The notes beneath the pieces are model-generated. The model was not told the DNA's origin. It did no database searches and was given only the letters and a program-made list of their open reading frames with translations. Positions 29,463 through 38,092 of a stretch of DNA of 46,404 nt are shown piece after piece. Location: positions 1 to 46,404 of IMG/VR virus record IMGVR_UViG_3300020045_007306. The stretch is one strand, 5' to 3'. The position numbers were made by a program, and so were the translations under genes. Origin of the DNA: a virus (Duplodnaviria; Caudoviricetes). The first letter of the stretch is position 1. Every line of letters starts with the position of its first letter.

Positions 29463-29521
29463 CGGTAACGAAAAAATTGCTTTGCGTTCCGTTTCGGAAT
29501 GAAAGCAATTGCACGTTATAA
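29463..29521. repeat. 59-bp attC-like hairpin
   Basis: CGGTAAC-gaaaa-AATTGCTTT-g-CGTTCCG-ttt-CGGAATG-AAAGCAATT-gcac-GTTATAA. Confidence 0.65.
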
Positions 29522-29577
29522 AGTCGGACGAAGTCTGACGTGAGCGGGGGCGAAAAATAATTTAAAAAAATAATTGT

Positions 29578-30231
29578 ATGCTAAATAAATCAGTTGGAAA
29601 TATGTATGACTTCGTAACTCATACGTGGAACACGGTAAAAGGCGAATGTTATCACAATTGTTTGTATTGTTATATGAAGCGTTTCGGAAATCAAAAGCCA
29701 GCCAGATTTGATGAAAAAGAATTGAAAACTGATCTGGGGAAAGATAATTTTATTTTTGTTGGATCGAGTTGCGATATGTTTGCGAAAACAATTCCTGATG
29801 AATGGATAAAAAAGACTTTACAGCATTGCAGTAAATTTGGAAATAGATATTTATTTCAAACAAAAAATCCTGAAAGGTTGCCTAAAATACTACCGTTGCC
29901 ATACGAATCAAATATTTGTGTAACAATGGAAACAAATAGATTTTATCCAAATATTATGAATAACAGTCCAAAGCCTTTACATAGATATAGCGAATTATAT
30001 AAAATTTGCACCAGTCTTTACATAACCATTGAGCCTGTTATGGATTTTGATTTAAATGAGTTTGTGAATTTGCTCAAGCATAGCAACGCAATTCAAATAA
30101 ATATTGGTGCTGATAGTGGGAATAATAATTTACCAGAGCCGCCAAAAGAAAAGATATTACAACTTATTTATGAGTTGTCGAAATTTACTCAAGTAAATCA
30201 GAAATCAAATTTAAAAAGATTATTGAAATGA
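29578..30231 (+). CDS. Radical SAM-like protein, DUF5131 (gp37/gp68) family
   Basis: TWNTVKGECYHNCLYCY; IFVGSSCDMF; QTKNPER; TIEPV. Confidence 0.8.
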   Translation: MLNKSVGNMYDFVTHTWNTVKGECYHNCLYCYMKRFGNQKPARFDEKELKTDLGKDNFIFVGSSCDMFAKTIPDEWIKKTLQHCSKFGNRYLFQTKNPERLPKILPLPYESNICVTMETNRFYPNIMNNSPKPLHRYSELYKICTSLYITIEPVMDFDLNEFVNLLKHSNAIQINIGADSGNNNLPEPPKEKILQLIYELSKFTQVNQKSNLKRLLK

Positions 30232-30458
30232 AAATATTTGCTTACCAATTTACAGACAATAAAATTGAAACATTAAAATTTCAAACCAATGAATATTTTG
30301 AGGGTGATTATATTGATAAATTTTATTTTGATTTTGTAAATGATATTAAATTTATTACTAACTTTGCAAAGACAATGGCGAGAAAATTAAACTGCAAAAA
30401 ACTTGTAATAAATTATCGGTGTACGGAAAAAAGATATTTAATTAAAAATAAAAAATAA
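30228..30458 (+). CDS. Hypothetical protein
   Basis: ATGA-coupled ORF. Confidence 0.55.
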   Translation: MKIFAYQFTDNKIETLKFQTNEYFEGDYIDKFYFDFVNDIKFITNFAKTMARKLNCKKLVINYRCTEKRYLIKNKK

Positions 30459-30460
30459 TT

Positions 30461-30787
30461 ATGAAATACAGAATAATAATAAGAATAATTTGTTTGCCTT
30501 TTGCAATGGCTCAATTGCTTATTTTATCATTTGTATTATATTTTCGCTGGATATTTAATTACATTTTGCACGGTGCTGAATTTATTGTTTACACACATAA
30601 AAACGAGCCAAAGAAAATTGCAGATATTATGAATTATTTAGAGGCTGCAATACCGAAACCAAAAATTTGTATTTATTCAAAATATGGAAAATGCAAAACT
30701 GATTTTAATGTGAAAAATAAAATTAAATTAAAATGTTCTGGTGATAATCGTTTATGTATTGATTTTAATTTGGAGGAAAATAAATGA
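30461..30787 (+). CDS. Membrane protein with Cys-rich tail
   Basis: Hydrophobic N-terminal helix. Confidence 0.55.
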   Translation: MKYRIIIRIICLPFAMAQLLILSFVLYFRWIFNYILHGAEFIVYTHKNEPKKIADIMNYLEAAIPKPKICIYSKYGKCKTDFNVKNKIKLKCSGDNRLCIDFNLEENK

Positions 30788-30996
30788 ACAAAAAACAACA
30801 ATTAGAATACTTCGCTGGGCTTGCAATGCAGGCACTAATAACAACTCCAAATTCAGCATTAACAGAGAAACACATTTTAGATTATATAAAAGCCCCGCCG
30901 CCATACAAGCAAGAATATTACGTGGAATATGTTACAAAGCGGAGCGTTGAATATGCTAAAGCAATGATAAGCGAAATAAATTCAGCAACAATATAA
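30784..30996 (+). CDS. Conserved small phage protein
   Basis: LEYFAGLAMQAL...SVEYAKAMI motif. Confidence 0.7.
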   Translation: MNKKQQLEYFAGLAMQALITTPNSALTEKHILDYIKAPPPYKQEYYVEYVTKRSVEYAKAMISEINSATI

Positions 30997-31003
30997 ATTT
31001 AAA

Positions 31004-31257
31004 ATGGGATTAACTAAAAAAAATATGGGAATACCAGCACCGCCGCCGCCTCCTCCAGATAGAGTATTTGGCGATAAAAATAAAATATGTAATCCTAACG
31101 AAATAATTATAATAATAATTTTACCCGTGAGGAATGGGCTATAATCGAGGCAAATATGAAAAGTTTACAAGGACACCCAGATTTTAAAATGATTTGTGCA
31201 TATTGCGGATCAGCGATTAACGGAAACGGAAAATGTATTAATTGCGGAGCAAAATAA
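31004..31257 (+). pseudogene. Poly-Pro / Zn-ribbon protein split by an apparent -1 frameshift near 31102
   Basis: MGLTKKNMGIPAPPPPPPDRVF...NPNE, then -1 frame NNYNNNFTREEW...CAYCGS...CINCGAK. Confidence 0.5.
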
Positions 31258-31274
31258 AAAGAAAGGAATTATTT

Positions 31275-31682
31275 ATGAGCAATACAAGAATATTATTAAG
31301 CGAGGCTTACTGGCAAAGCGTTGAAAAAGATAAAGTAAAAAGGTTTAATTCTGGAGGGTTTAAAGATACAATTAACACTCCAACTATTTATGCGGATTTA
31401 TTTAGAGTTGCCTGTGTGAGTAGAAAAATAAAAGCGACTGTTTATTTAAATAGAATAGATTTTATAAAATACTTATATTGCCTTTGTTGTTTATTTCCAA
31501 AGCCTCCCTCTTATAATAAATTAAAAAAAACAAAATTAACTGAACACGAATTAGATAATAATATAACTGTAATGATTGGGGATTTTATTAAAAAAGGTAA
31601 ATATTTTATAATTATTGATGACACTAAATTTATTACTGGCGATTTAGTTCTTGATTTGGTTGATATTACAAGAGCAATGTAA
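31275..31682 (+). CDS. Hypothetical protein
   Basis: ATG at 31275 preferred. Confidence 0.6.
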   Translation: MSNTRILLSEAYWQSVEKDKVKRFNSGGFKDTINTPTIYADLFRVACVSRKIKATVYLNRIDFIKYLYCLCCLFPKPPSYNKLKKTKLTEHELDNNITVMIGDFIKKGKYFIIIDDTKFITGDLVLDLVDITRAM

Positions 31683-31695
31683 TAAAAATATTAAA

Positions 31696-31860
31696 ATGGA
31701 AGAAAAAATATTAAAAATTATATTTGAAAATCATATTTATTCAAAAGATACCGTGAAAAGAATATATGAGCGAACAAAGTCTTTTGATAAAACAATATTT
31801 ATTTTAAATATAGCAACGGCAACCGCAATAAACCCAGAACAATTATTAAATTTTATATAA
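31696..31860 (+). CDS. Hypothetical protein
   Basis: Small ORF. Confidence 0.5.
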   Translation: MEEKILKIIFENHIYSKDTVKRIYERTKSFDKTIFILNIATATAINPEQLLNFI

Positions 31861-31950
31861 TTATATGTCAGACACACAGAAATTTTATATTTCGCTTTGC
31901 GTAAGTATTGTTTCATTAATTACTTCAATAATTGCTTTTATTATTGTGTT

Positions 31951-32535
31951 ATGGAAATAAAAAACATACCCATTTCAAAACTCCATACAAATAAAGGGCA
32001 ACTTGACGGGCTGCCAAAAAATCCCCGTTTCATTGATGATGAAAAGTACCAAAATTTAAAACAGTCCATTCAGGAATTTCCCGAAATGTTGAATTTGCGT
32101 GAGTGCATAGTTTATCCAATTGAGAATGGTTATATTATTATTGGAGGGAATATGCGATTTAAAGCCTGCAAGGAATTACAGTTAAAAGAAATCCCTTGCA
32201 AGATACTTGACGCCAGCACACCAGTTGAAACGCTCCGAGAGATTACAATAAAAGACAACGGCGGTTATGGATCGAATGACGAAAAGTTATTGAATTCGGA
32301 ATGGAAAGAATTTATTCAGCCAAGTTGGGGGCTTGATCTAATAAAAAAGAAATCCAGATTAAGCAAAGTTTTTGAGAATGACGAAGTATTTGAAGATTCT
32401 TTAATTGAGTACCCTATTACAATAATAACCACAAAGCAAGAGTTCGACGAGTGGACTAAATTAAAAGAAAAACACAAAATAAAAGATAACACAAAATTAT
32501 TTTTCTCATTAGTATCTAAAAGTATAAAAAAATGA
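31951..32535 (+). CDS. ParB/Srx N-terminal domain protein
   Basis: PKNPRFI, IIGGNMRFKA and IKDN..YG motifs. Confidence 0.85.
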   Translation: MEIKNIPISKLHTNKGQLDGLPKNPRFIDDEKYQNLKQSIQEFPEMLNLRECIVYPIENGYIIIGGNMRFKACKELQLKEIPCKILDASTPVETLREITIKDNGGYGSNDEKLLNSEWKEFIQPSWGLDLIKKKSRLSKVFENDEVFEDSLIEYPITIITTKQEFDEWTKLKEKHKIKDNTKLFFSLVSKSIKK

Positions 32536-33782
32536 TAAATCCATTTATTGGCGAATTCTTAGTGAATCCAACTCCTTTGGAATACTCTGGCAACACCTGT
32601 TCACATTATTGTTTGTATTGTTTTGCGAATTGTAGAAAACAAAGCATTGAAGCAAAGTTTAAACAAACGTTATCAGTTTTAAAAGGTTATCCAAAAAGCA
32701 GAACGTTCACAGCGGAATTATTAAGAAATGGTTGCCCTATATCATTAAGTAATCGGACTGATCCATTTTCAAAAACAAATATAGATCAAACAATAAGTTT
32801 ATTTCAATATTTCAACAATATGCCAAACGGTTTATTTTTCCAAACCAAAGGGGGTGAAAGGATTTTTGAAGCATTGAAATATATTGAGAGCAAAAAAAAT
32901 GTTTGTGTCTATATCACAATAACGACCTTAGATGATAAATTAAGCAAAGTAATTGAGCCAAACGCCCCAAAGACATCAGAGAGAATTGCAATGGCAAAGC
33001 AATTAAAAAAACTGGGCTATGAAATAATGATCGGAATTAACCCAGTTGTTGAAGAGTGGATTAGCGAAAATGATATTATGGCACTTGCAAAAGATTTAAA
33101 AGAGGTTGGGATCACTCATTATTTTTTCCAAACATTACATTTCAGAAGTACAGACGAAATTGCAATAAACAAAATATTGAAAATCCCAAACGGCAAAGAG
33201 ATTATTGAAAAGGCAATAAAAGTGCATAAGCCCCCTTTCACGGCTCAAAAGTATCTTCAAAAGGTTTGTTTTAGATTGATAAATGAATTACAGTCAAACG
33301 CCGTCTGGATCGGGCTACCTTTACCGAATCATACATTTGATAAATTAAAGGCAAAACTTACAAAACCTTTTCCGTCAATATATGATTTTTTCAACTCTTG
33401 CGAAAACAGAAATAATGAATTGATTTATTTTGAAGATTTTAAAAAGTCAATGACCGCTGGGAATGAAATACTTTTTGAAAAGCAATATAGTTATATTCAA
33501 TCATATATTTTTAGAATAAACAGGAATTTATGGAAAGGCAATGAAAAAATCCAGTCAATAAGAACAATGAGCGAGTTGCTAAATATATTTTGGAATGAAA
33601 CTAAATTGCCCCGCAGTCCCCAGCATAATAAAATAATGTTTCAAGTATTAAAAGAGAACGGGAAAAATGTTTTGGACGAAAATGGAAATATAATTTTAAA
33701 GACAAGGGACGTATTTCACCAGCCAGACGAAAACGGTACTTTTGCAGAATGGATAAAAAAATATAAAGAAATTGATGTTTAA
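32532..33782 (+). CDS. Radical SAM protein, spore-photoproduct-lyase-like
   Basis: CSHYCLYCFA; SNRTDPF; QTKG; ITITT...IEPNAP...ER. Confidence 0.85.
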   Translation: MINPFIGEFLVNPTPLEYSGNTCSHYCLYCFANCRKQSIEAKFKQTLSVLKGYPKSRTFTAELLRNGCPISLSNRTDPFSKTNIDQTISLFQYFNNMPNGLFFQTKGGERIFEALKYIESKKNVCVYITITTLDDKLSKVIEPNAPKTSERIAMAKQLKKLGYEIMIGINPVVEEWISENDIMALAKDLKEVGITHYFFQTLHFRSTDEIAINKILKIPNGKEIIEKAIKVHKPPFTAQKYLQKVCFRLINELQSNAVWIGLPLPNHTFDKLKAKLTKPFPSIYDFFNSCENRNNELIYFEDFKKSMTAGNEILFEKQYSYIQSYIFRINRNLWKGNEKIQSIRTMSELLNIFWNETKLPRSPQHNKIMFQVLKENGKNVLDENGNIILKTRDVFHQPDENGTFAEWIKKYKEIDV

Positions 33783-33796
33783 TTGAGAATTATGTG

Positions 33797-33804
33797 TATC
33801 TTTG
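33797..33804 (+). promoter_or_regulatory. -7 box TATCTTTG
   Basis: Perfect TAnnTTTG with TTG 21 nt upstream. Confidence 0.65.
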
Positions 33805-33828
33805 TCCTTAATTCTAAAATTTAAAAAA

Positions 33829-33882
33829 ATGACGATCAAGGAAAACTCACAGATGTCAGAGGGAATGTCCCCTTACGTTTAA
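33829..33882 (+). CDS. Candidate 17-aa peptide MTIKENSQMSEGMSPYV
   Basis: A-rich leader; lies between a promoter and a terminator. Confidence 0.35.
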   Translation: MTIKENSQMSEGMSPYV

Positions 33883-33895
33883 CCAACGTTATCGG

Positions 33896-33932
33896 ATAAG
33901 GGCTACTTATATTTATAGGTGGCTCTTATTTT
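33896..33932 (+). terminator. Hairpin/intrinsic terminator
   Basis: ATAAGGGCTACTTAT-attt-ATAGGTGGCTCTTAT-TTT, 15 bp with 3 G-U pairs. Confidence 0.7.
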
Positions 33933-33955
33933 ATTACTCCAGTAGATTTAAAATT

Positions 33956-34396
33956 ATGGCAACAAAGAAATATAATTACAAGACAAGGGAAGACGGGAAA
34001 AACGACACGGGACGCCCAGAGAAATATACTTTGGAATATTGCACAATTGAAATCAATCAAATACTTGCGACTTTACAGGCTGATAAAAAATATGAGTATT
34101 TAACTATTCAAGACCTTGTTAGGGATAAAGAATATACCAGAGATTGTTTAAGCGAATGGTCGAAAAAGTTTGCTGAAAATGAGGACTTTTCCCGCACTAT
34201 TAAAAAGATTTATGAGGAATTAGAGAACAGATTATTTAAAATTGGTGTGTCTGGTAAAGCGAATGCGGCAATGGCAATATTTGGATTGAAAAACAATTAT
34301 GGCTGGACTGATAAATTGGATATGACCTCAAAAGGCGAAAAAATAAACCAGATTACAGGATATAAAATAAAGGAAGATTCCGAAAATGGAACTTGA
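33956..34396 (+). CDS. terS: Terminase small subunit
   Basis: GRPEKYT; AMAIFGLKNNYGWTDK; overlaps terL. Confidence 0.85.
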   Translation: MATKKYNYKTREDGKNDTGRPEKYTLEYCTIEINQILATLQADKKYEYLTIQDLVRDKEYTRDCLSEWSKKFAENEDFSRTIKKIYEELENRLFKIGVSGKANAAMAIFGLKNNYGWTDKLDMTSKGEKINQITGYKIKEDSENGT

Positions 34397-35726
34397 ACTT
34401 GAATTCACAAAAAAGCAAAAAGAAGTTTTAAGATATTGGATTGACGAAACAACCGACGAAATATTATTCGGAGGTGCAAAAGGCGGCGGCAAGAGTTATT
34501 TGCTTTCGTCTTTAATATTTGGGGACGCTCTGTTATATCCAGAAACATTTTATTTTATTGCCCGCTGTCAGTTAACGGACTTACGTAAATATACAATTCC
34601 AACAATTCACGAAGTATTTAAGCGACAGTTTAAAATAAATATTGAGAGATATTCCAGATATAATGGTATGGATAATTTCTATGAACTTTATAATAAGAGT
34701 AGGATTTATTTATTAGCCTGCGACTATGTGCCAAGTGATCCAATGTTTGAAAGGTTTGGATCAATGCAAATGACACGGGGAGCAATTGAAGAGGGCGGGG
34801 AAATCCATTATTTAGCGAAACAGAATTTAAAAATATCTTTGGGAAGAAAAAATAATGACCTTTATAATTTAAAAGCCAAATTGTTAGTTGTCGGGAATCC
34901 AAAAAAGAACTGGATGAAAACCGAGTTTGTGAATCCATTCAATAAGGGCGAATTGCCTCCAAATAAAAAATACGTGCAAGCGTTTTACACAGATAACACA
35001 TACAGGCAAACTGGTTATGACGCAATATTAAATTCAATAACAGACCGCACCGCCAAAGAACGACTTGTTTATGGAAATTGGGACTATGGAGATGATGATC
35101 CAGCGTTATTGATAGAGTATGACGCAATCCTTGATCTGTTTACTAACGACCACGTACAGCCCACAGGAAAAAAATATATTAGTTCAGATTTAGCAATGCA
35201 AGGACGGGACAAATTTATTGCTGGTGTCTGGGACGGGCTTATATGTAAAATTGCAATAGATCAACCAAAGTCCACAGGGAAAAGCATTGAAACGGATTTG
35301 AAAACATTAATGGTTAAGGAAAGCGTTCCACACAGTCAAACGGTTGTAGATAGCGACGGACTGGGGGCTTATCTTGAATCATATTTGGTAAATATAAAAG
35401 AGTTTCACGGCGGGGCAAAGTCAACACAAAAATTTGTTGACGGAAAAAAATTGCCAGAGTATAATAATTTAAAATCAGAGTGCGGCTACAAGTTAGCGGA
35501 GTTAATCAATGCCCGCAAAATAAAAATAATTTGTGATGAAAGACAAAAGACAGCGATCATTGAAGAGTTGGAAGTCTTAAAGGCTGGGGACGTAGATAAT
35601 GACACGGGAAAAAAATCTATTATGAAAAAAGATAAGATGAAAGAATTATTGATGAGATCGCCAGACTATTTGGATATGTTAATAATGCGAATGTATTTTG
35701 AGATCAAGCGACAATTTGGCTTTTAA
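34386..35726 (+). CDS. terL: Terminase large subunit
   Basis: GGAKGGGKS Walker A, AIEEG Walker B, GNP, SSDLAMQGRD, RSPDYLD. Confidence 0.95.
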   Translation: MELELEFTKKQKEVLRYWIDETTDEILFGGAKGGGKSYLLSSLIFGDALLYPETFYFIARCQLTDLRKYTIPTIHEVFKRQFKINIERYSRYNGMDNFYELYNKSRIYLLACDYVPSDPMFERFGSMQMTRGAIEEGGEIHYLAKQNLKISLGRKNNDLYNLKAKLLVVGNPKKNWMKTEFVNPFNKGELPPNKKYVQAFYTDNTYRQTGYDAILNSITDRTAKERLVYGNWDYGDDDPALLIEYDAILDLFTNDHVQPTGKKYISSDLAMQGRDKFIAGVWDGLICKIAIDQPKSTGKSIETDLKTLMVKESVPHSQTVVDSDGLGAYLESYLVNIKEFHGGAKSTQKFVDGKKLPEYNNLKSECGYKLAELINARKIKIICDERQKTAIIEELEVLKAGDVDNDTGKKSIMKKDKMKELLMRSPDYLDMLIMRMYFEIKRQFGF

Positions 35727-35784
35727 AAAAGTATAGACCAATATAAAAAAACAACTTATACGAGCCGAGATAAAATTAGACAAA

Positions 35785-36051
35785 ATGATAAAACGGGATT
35801 ACAATAAAATATATAATGAAGTATTAGAATTGGTTATTGCTGGAAATACAATAGAAAAGTCCTGTAAAATTATTGGGGTGCTTAGAGAATCATTATATAA
35901 AAATATTAATGATAATCAAAAATTAGAATTAAAGCAATATAAAACTACGTCAAGAAATATGGTTGCGAATTTATATTCATATAAATCACGCAAAAAACAA
36001 TATTATGAAAAATCTGTTTTTATAGAAAATATTGTTAGTGAGTACGATTAA
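35785..36051 (+). CDS. Small HTH protein
   Basis: GNTIEKSCKIIGVLRESLYK. Confidence 0.55.
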   Translation: MIKRDYNKIYNEVLELVIAGNTIEKSCKIIGVLRESLYKNINDNQKLELKQYKTTSRNMVANLYSYKSRKKQYYEKSVFIENIVSEYD

Positions 36052-36083
36052 TAAAATAAATTTTTTTAATACTGAATTTTTAT

Positions 36084-36091
36084 TATATTTG
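36084..36091 (+). promoter_or_regulatory. -7 box TATATTTG before the lipoprotein gene
   Basis: TAnnTTTG. Confidence 0.5.
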
Positions 36092-36105
36092 TAAAATTTT
36101 TCTGT

Positions 36106-36357
36106 ATGAAAAAAATACTTTTATTATTATCATTTGCCCTGTTAATTGGTTGCTCAAAGGAAAAGACGAAAGCAAATGACTATAAATGTTATGATTGTGT
36201 AATAACTCAATATTATTATTCAAAAGGAAAATTAATAAACATAATAAAAGCCAATGAAATCAAATGTGCCACGCAAAGCGACTACAATAATTATTTGAAT
36301 ACCACCAATCACTCTGACACCTCACTCGTACAAACTTGCGAATGTAAAGAGCAGTAA
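36106..36357 (+). CDS. Small Cys-rich lipoprotein
   Basis: MKKILLLLSFALLIG-C lipobox followed by SKEK; five further Cys. Confidence 0.8.
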   Translation: MKKILLLLSFALLIGCSKEKTKANDYKCYDCVITQYYYSKGKLINIIKANEIKCATQSDYNNYLNTTNHSDTSLVQTCECKEQ

Positions 36358-36377
36358 AATTTATTAAATATAAAACT

Positions 36378-37775
36378 ATGAAAATCCCATTGACAAAATA
36401 CGAAATCAAACTTGCGAAATCAAAGCAAGGCGTTCAGTTAAGGTCTGGAATAAATTCGGATAAGGTAAACAAATTATATGAAGTTTTATTAAAGTATCTT
36501 GGCAAAGGTCAAATTCTCTGGAGCAAAGACGATTTTAAATATATTGTTCAATCTGGTTATCTGTTTAATCCTGACACTTATTCAATTATAAATAAGATCA
36601 TACAAACGGCGTCAATGTGTCAATTCAAACTCTATGAAGTTAAGGACGAAAAGAGTTTTAGACAATACAAAAATTTAAAATCAATAAGCCCCGAAAACGT
36701 TTATGATTTTCAAAGGAAAGCATTTGAGCCAGTTGAGCAGCCAGAGATATTTAAATTATTTGAATGTCCGAATAAATATACAACCTACACTTTATTTATT
36801 CAATCTTTGCTGGGCTATTATTGTTTACTTGGAAATTCTTATTTGAATAAAAATGTTATTACTGGCAATAAAGACGGTATTGCTGGCGAAATGCACGTTC
36901 TCCCCGCTTACTTAATGAAAATAGTAATGGGCGACGCTCTTAATATGATAGGAGGTTATTCAATTGACAACTGGCTCAACCGTTCATATACTTATACGCC
37001 AGAAGAAATTTATCATTTTAAAACTTTCAATCCAAACTATGATACTGGAGCGTTTTTATATGGAGCAGCCCCGTCATTATATCCAACGTTGTTAAAATCA
37101 AACGAAAGTTATACCGCCGCCTGTGCATTAATTCAGAATCTTGGAGCGATTGGAATTCTTTCAAGTGGAAACGATGATACAATTGATCCAGAAACAGCAT
37201 TGAAAATGGAAGACAAATATCAAGAACGTTTTGGCGGTGCAAAGAACAGAGGGAAAGCGTGGGTAGTGGGACACAAAATGGAATTTATTAATATGGCTCA
37301 ATCAGTTGTTGATCTGGGATTAATACAAGGTCAAGAACAGGATTTTCTCACTCTTTGCCGAATCTTCAATGTAGATAGTAGAATAATGGGCTATGTAAAA
37401 GGGAGTACGTTTTCAAATATGGCAGAGGCACGAAAAGATTTTATGCAAAATAGAATTTTGCCTTTGATGTTTATGTTAGCAGAGGCGTTTAATAAATTTA
37501 TAATTCCAGCGTATTCAAAACAGGATAACAAACAATATTATTTGGACGTAGATATTTCAATCATTCCAGAACTCCAGCAAGATAATGACAAATTAAGCAC
37601 ACGATTACAGAATGAAATAAGAGCGGGAATAATTACTCCAGCACAAGCGGCAAAAGAATTAGGACGCCCAGAGTTAACTGATCCTCTTGCGAATCAATTA
37701 TGGGTTGGAACTAATATGACGCCAATGAATAGACAGCCAGAGCCTCCAGCAAAGCCAGCAACTCCAAAAGTATAA
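36378..37775 (+). CDS. Portal protein, HK97 family
   Basis: LLGNSY, EIYHFK, LYGAAP, STFSNMAEA motifs; position. Confidence 0.92.
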   Translation: MKIPLTKYEIKLAKSKQGVQLRSGINSDKVNKLYEVLLKYLGKGQILWSKDDFKYIVQSGYLFNPDTYSIINKIIQTASMCQFKLYEVKDEKSFRQYKNLKSISPENVYDFQRKAFEPVEQPEIFKLFECPNKYTTYTLFIQSLLGYYCLLGNSYLNKNVITGNKDGIAGEMHVLPAYLMKIVMGDALNMIGGYSIDNWLNRSYTYTPEEIYHFKTFNPNYDTGAFLYGAAPSLYPTLLKSNESYTAACALIQNLGAIGILSSGNDDTIDPETALKMEDKYQERFGGAKNRGKAWVVGHKMEFINMAQSVVDLGLIQGQEQDFLTLCRIFNVDSRIMGYVKGSTFSNMAEARKDFMQNRILPLMFMLAEAFNKFIIPAYSKQDNKQYYLDVDISIIPELQQDNDKLSTRLQNEIRAGIITPAQAAKELGRPELTDPLANQLWVGTNMTPMNRQPEPPAKPATPKV

Positions 37776-37779
37776 ATAT

Positions 37780-38016
37780 ATGGATAAAGTAAAAATTTCA
37801 GAGATACCAAACGAATTTATTAAGAGTAATTTAACCTCTTATCAGATCGGTACAATTGAAATGAAATACAATATTTATTTGCAGTTTTTAGAAATGCAAA
37901 AGAATATGAAACGCAAACGCCTTGAGGATATTTATTTAATCATTGCAGAGCGAATGAATATGCAAGTAGATACAATTTGCAAAATAATTATTAAAATAAA
38001 AAAGAATATGAAATAA
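37780..38016 (+). CDS. Hypothetical helical protein
   Basis: Between portal and protease. Confidence 0.6.
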   Translation: MDKVKISEIPNEFIKSNLTSYQIGTIEMKYNIYLQFLEMQKNMKRKRLEDIYLIIAERMNMQVDTICKIIIKIKKNMK

Positions 38017-38058
38017 ATTTAGTATAAAAATATACTTATTTACTTTTAAAATTCTTAA

Positions 38059-38066
38059 TAAATTTG
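38059..38066 (+). promoter_or_regulatory. -7 box TAAATTTG before the protease/capsid genes
   Basis: TAnnTTTG; palindrome AGTATA-aaaa-TATACT at 38021-36. Confidence 0.5.
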
Positions 38067-38092
38067 TCGGTGAAATATTAAAATTTCGTGCA

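Noticed and set aside
29305-29502. 65-aa ORF after the PAPS-reductase-like gene
   Set aside because: It runs through the repeat and hairpin elements and has no recognisable protein features; treated as incidental, though translation is not excluded.
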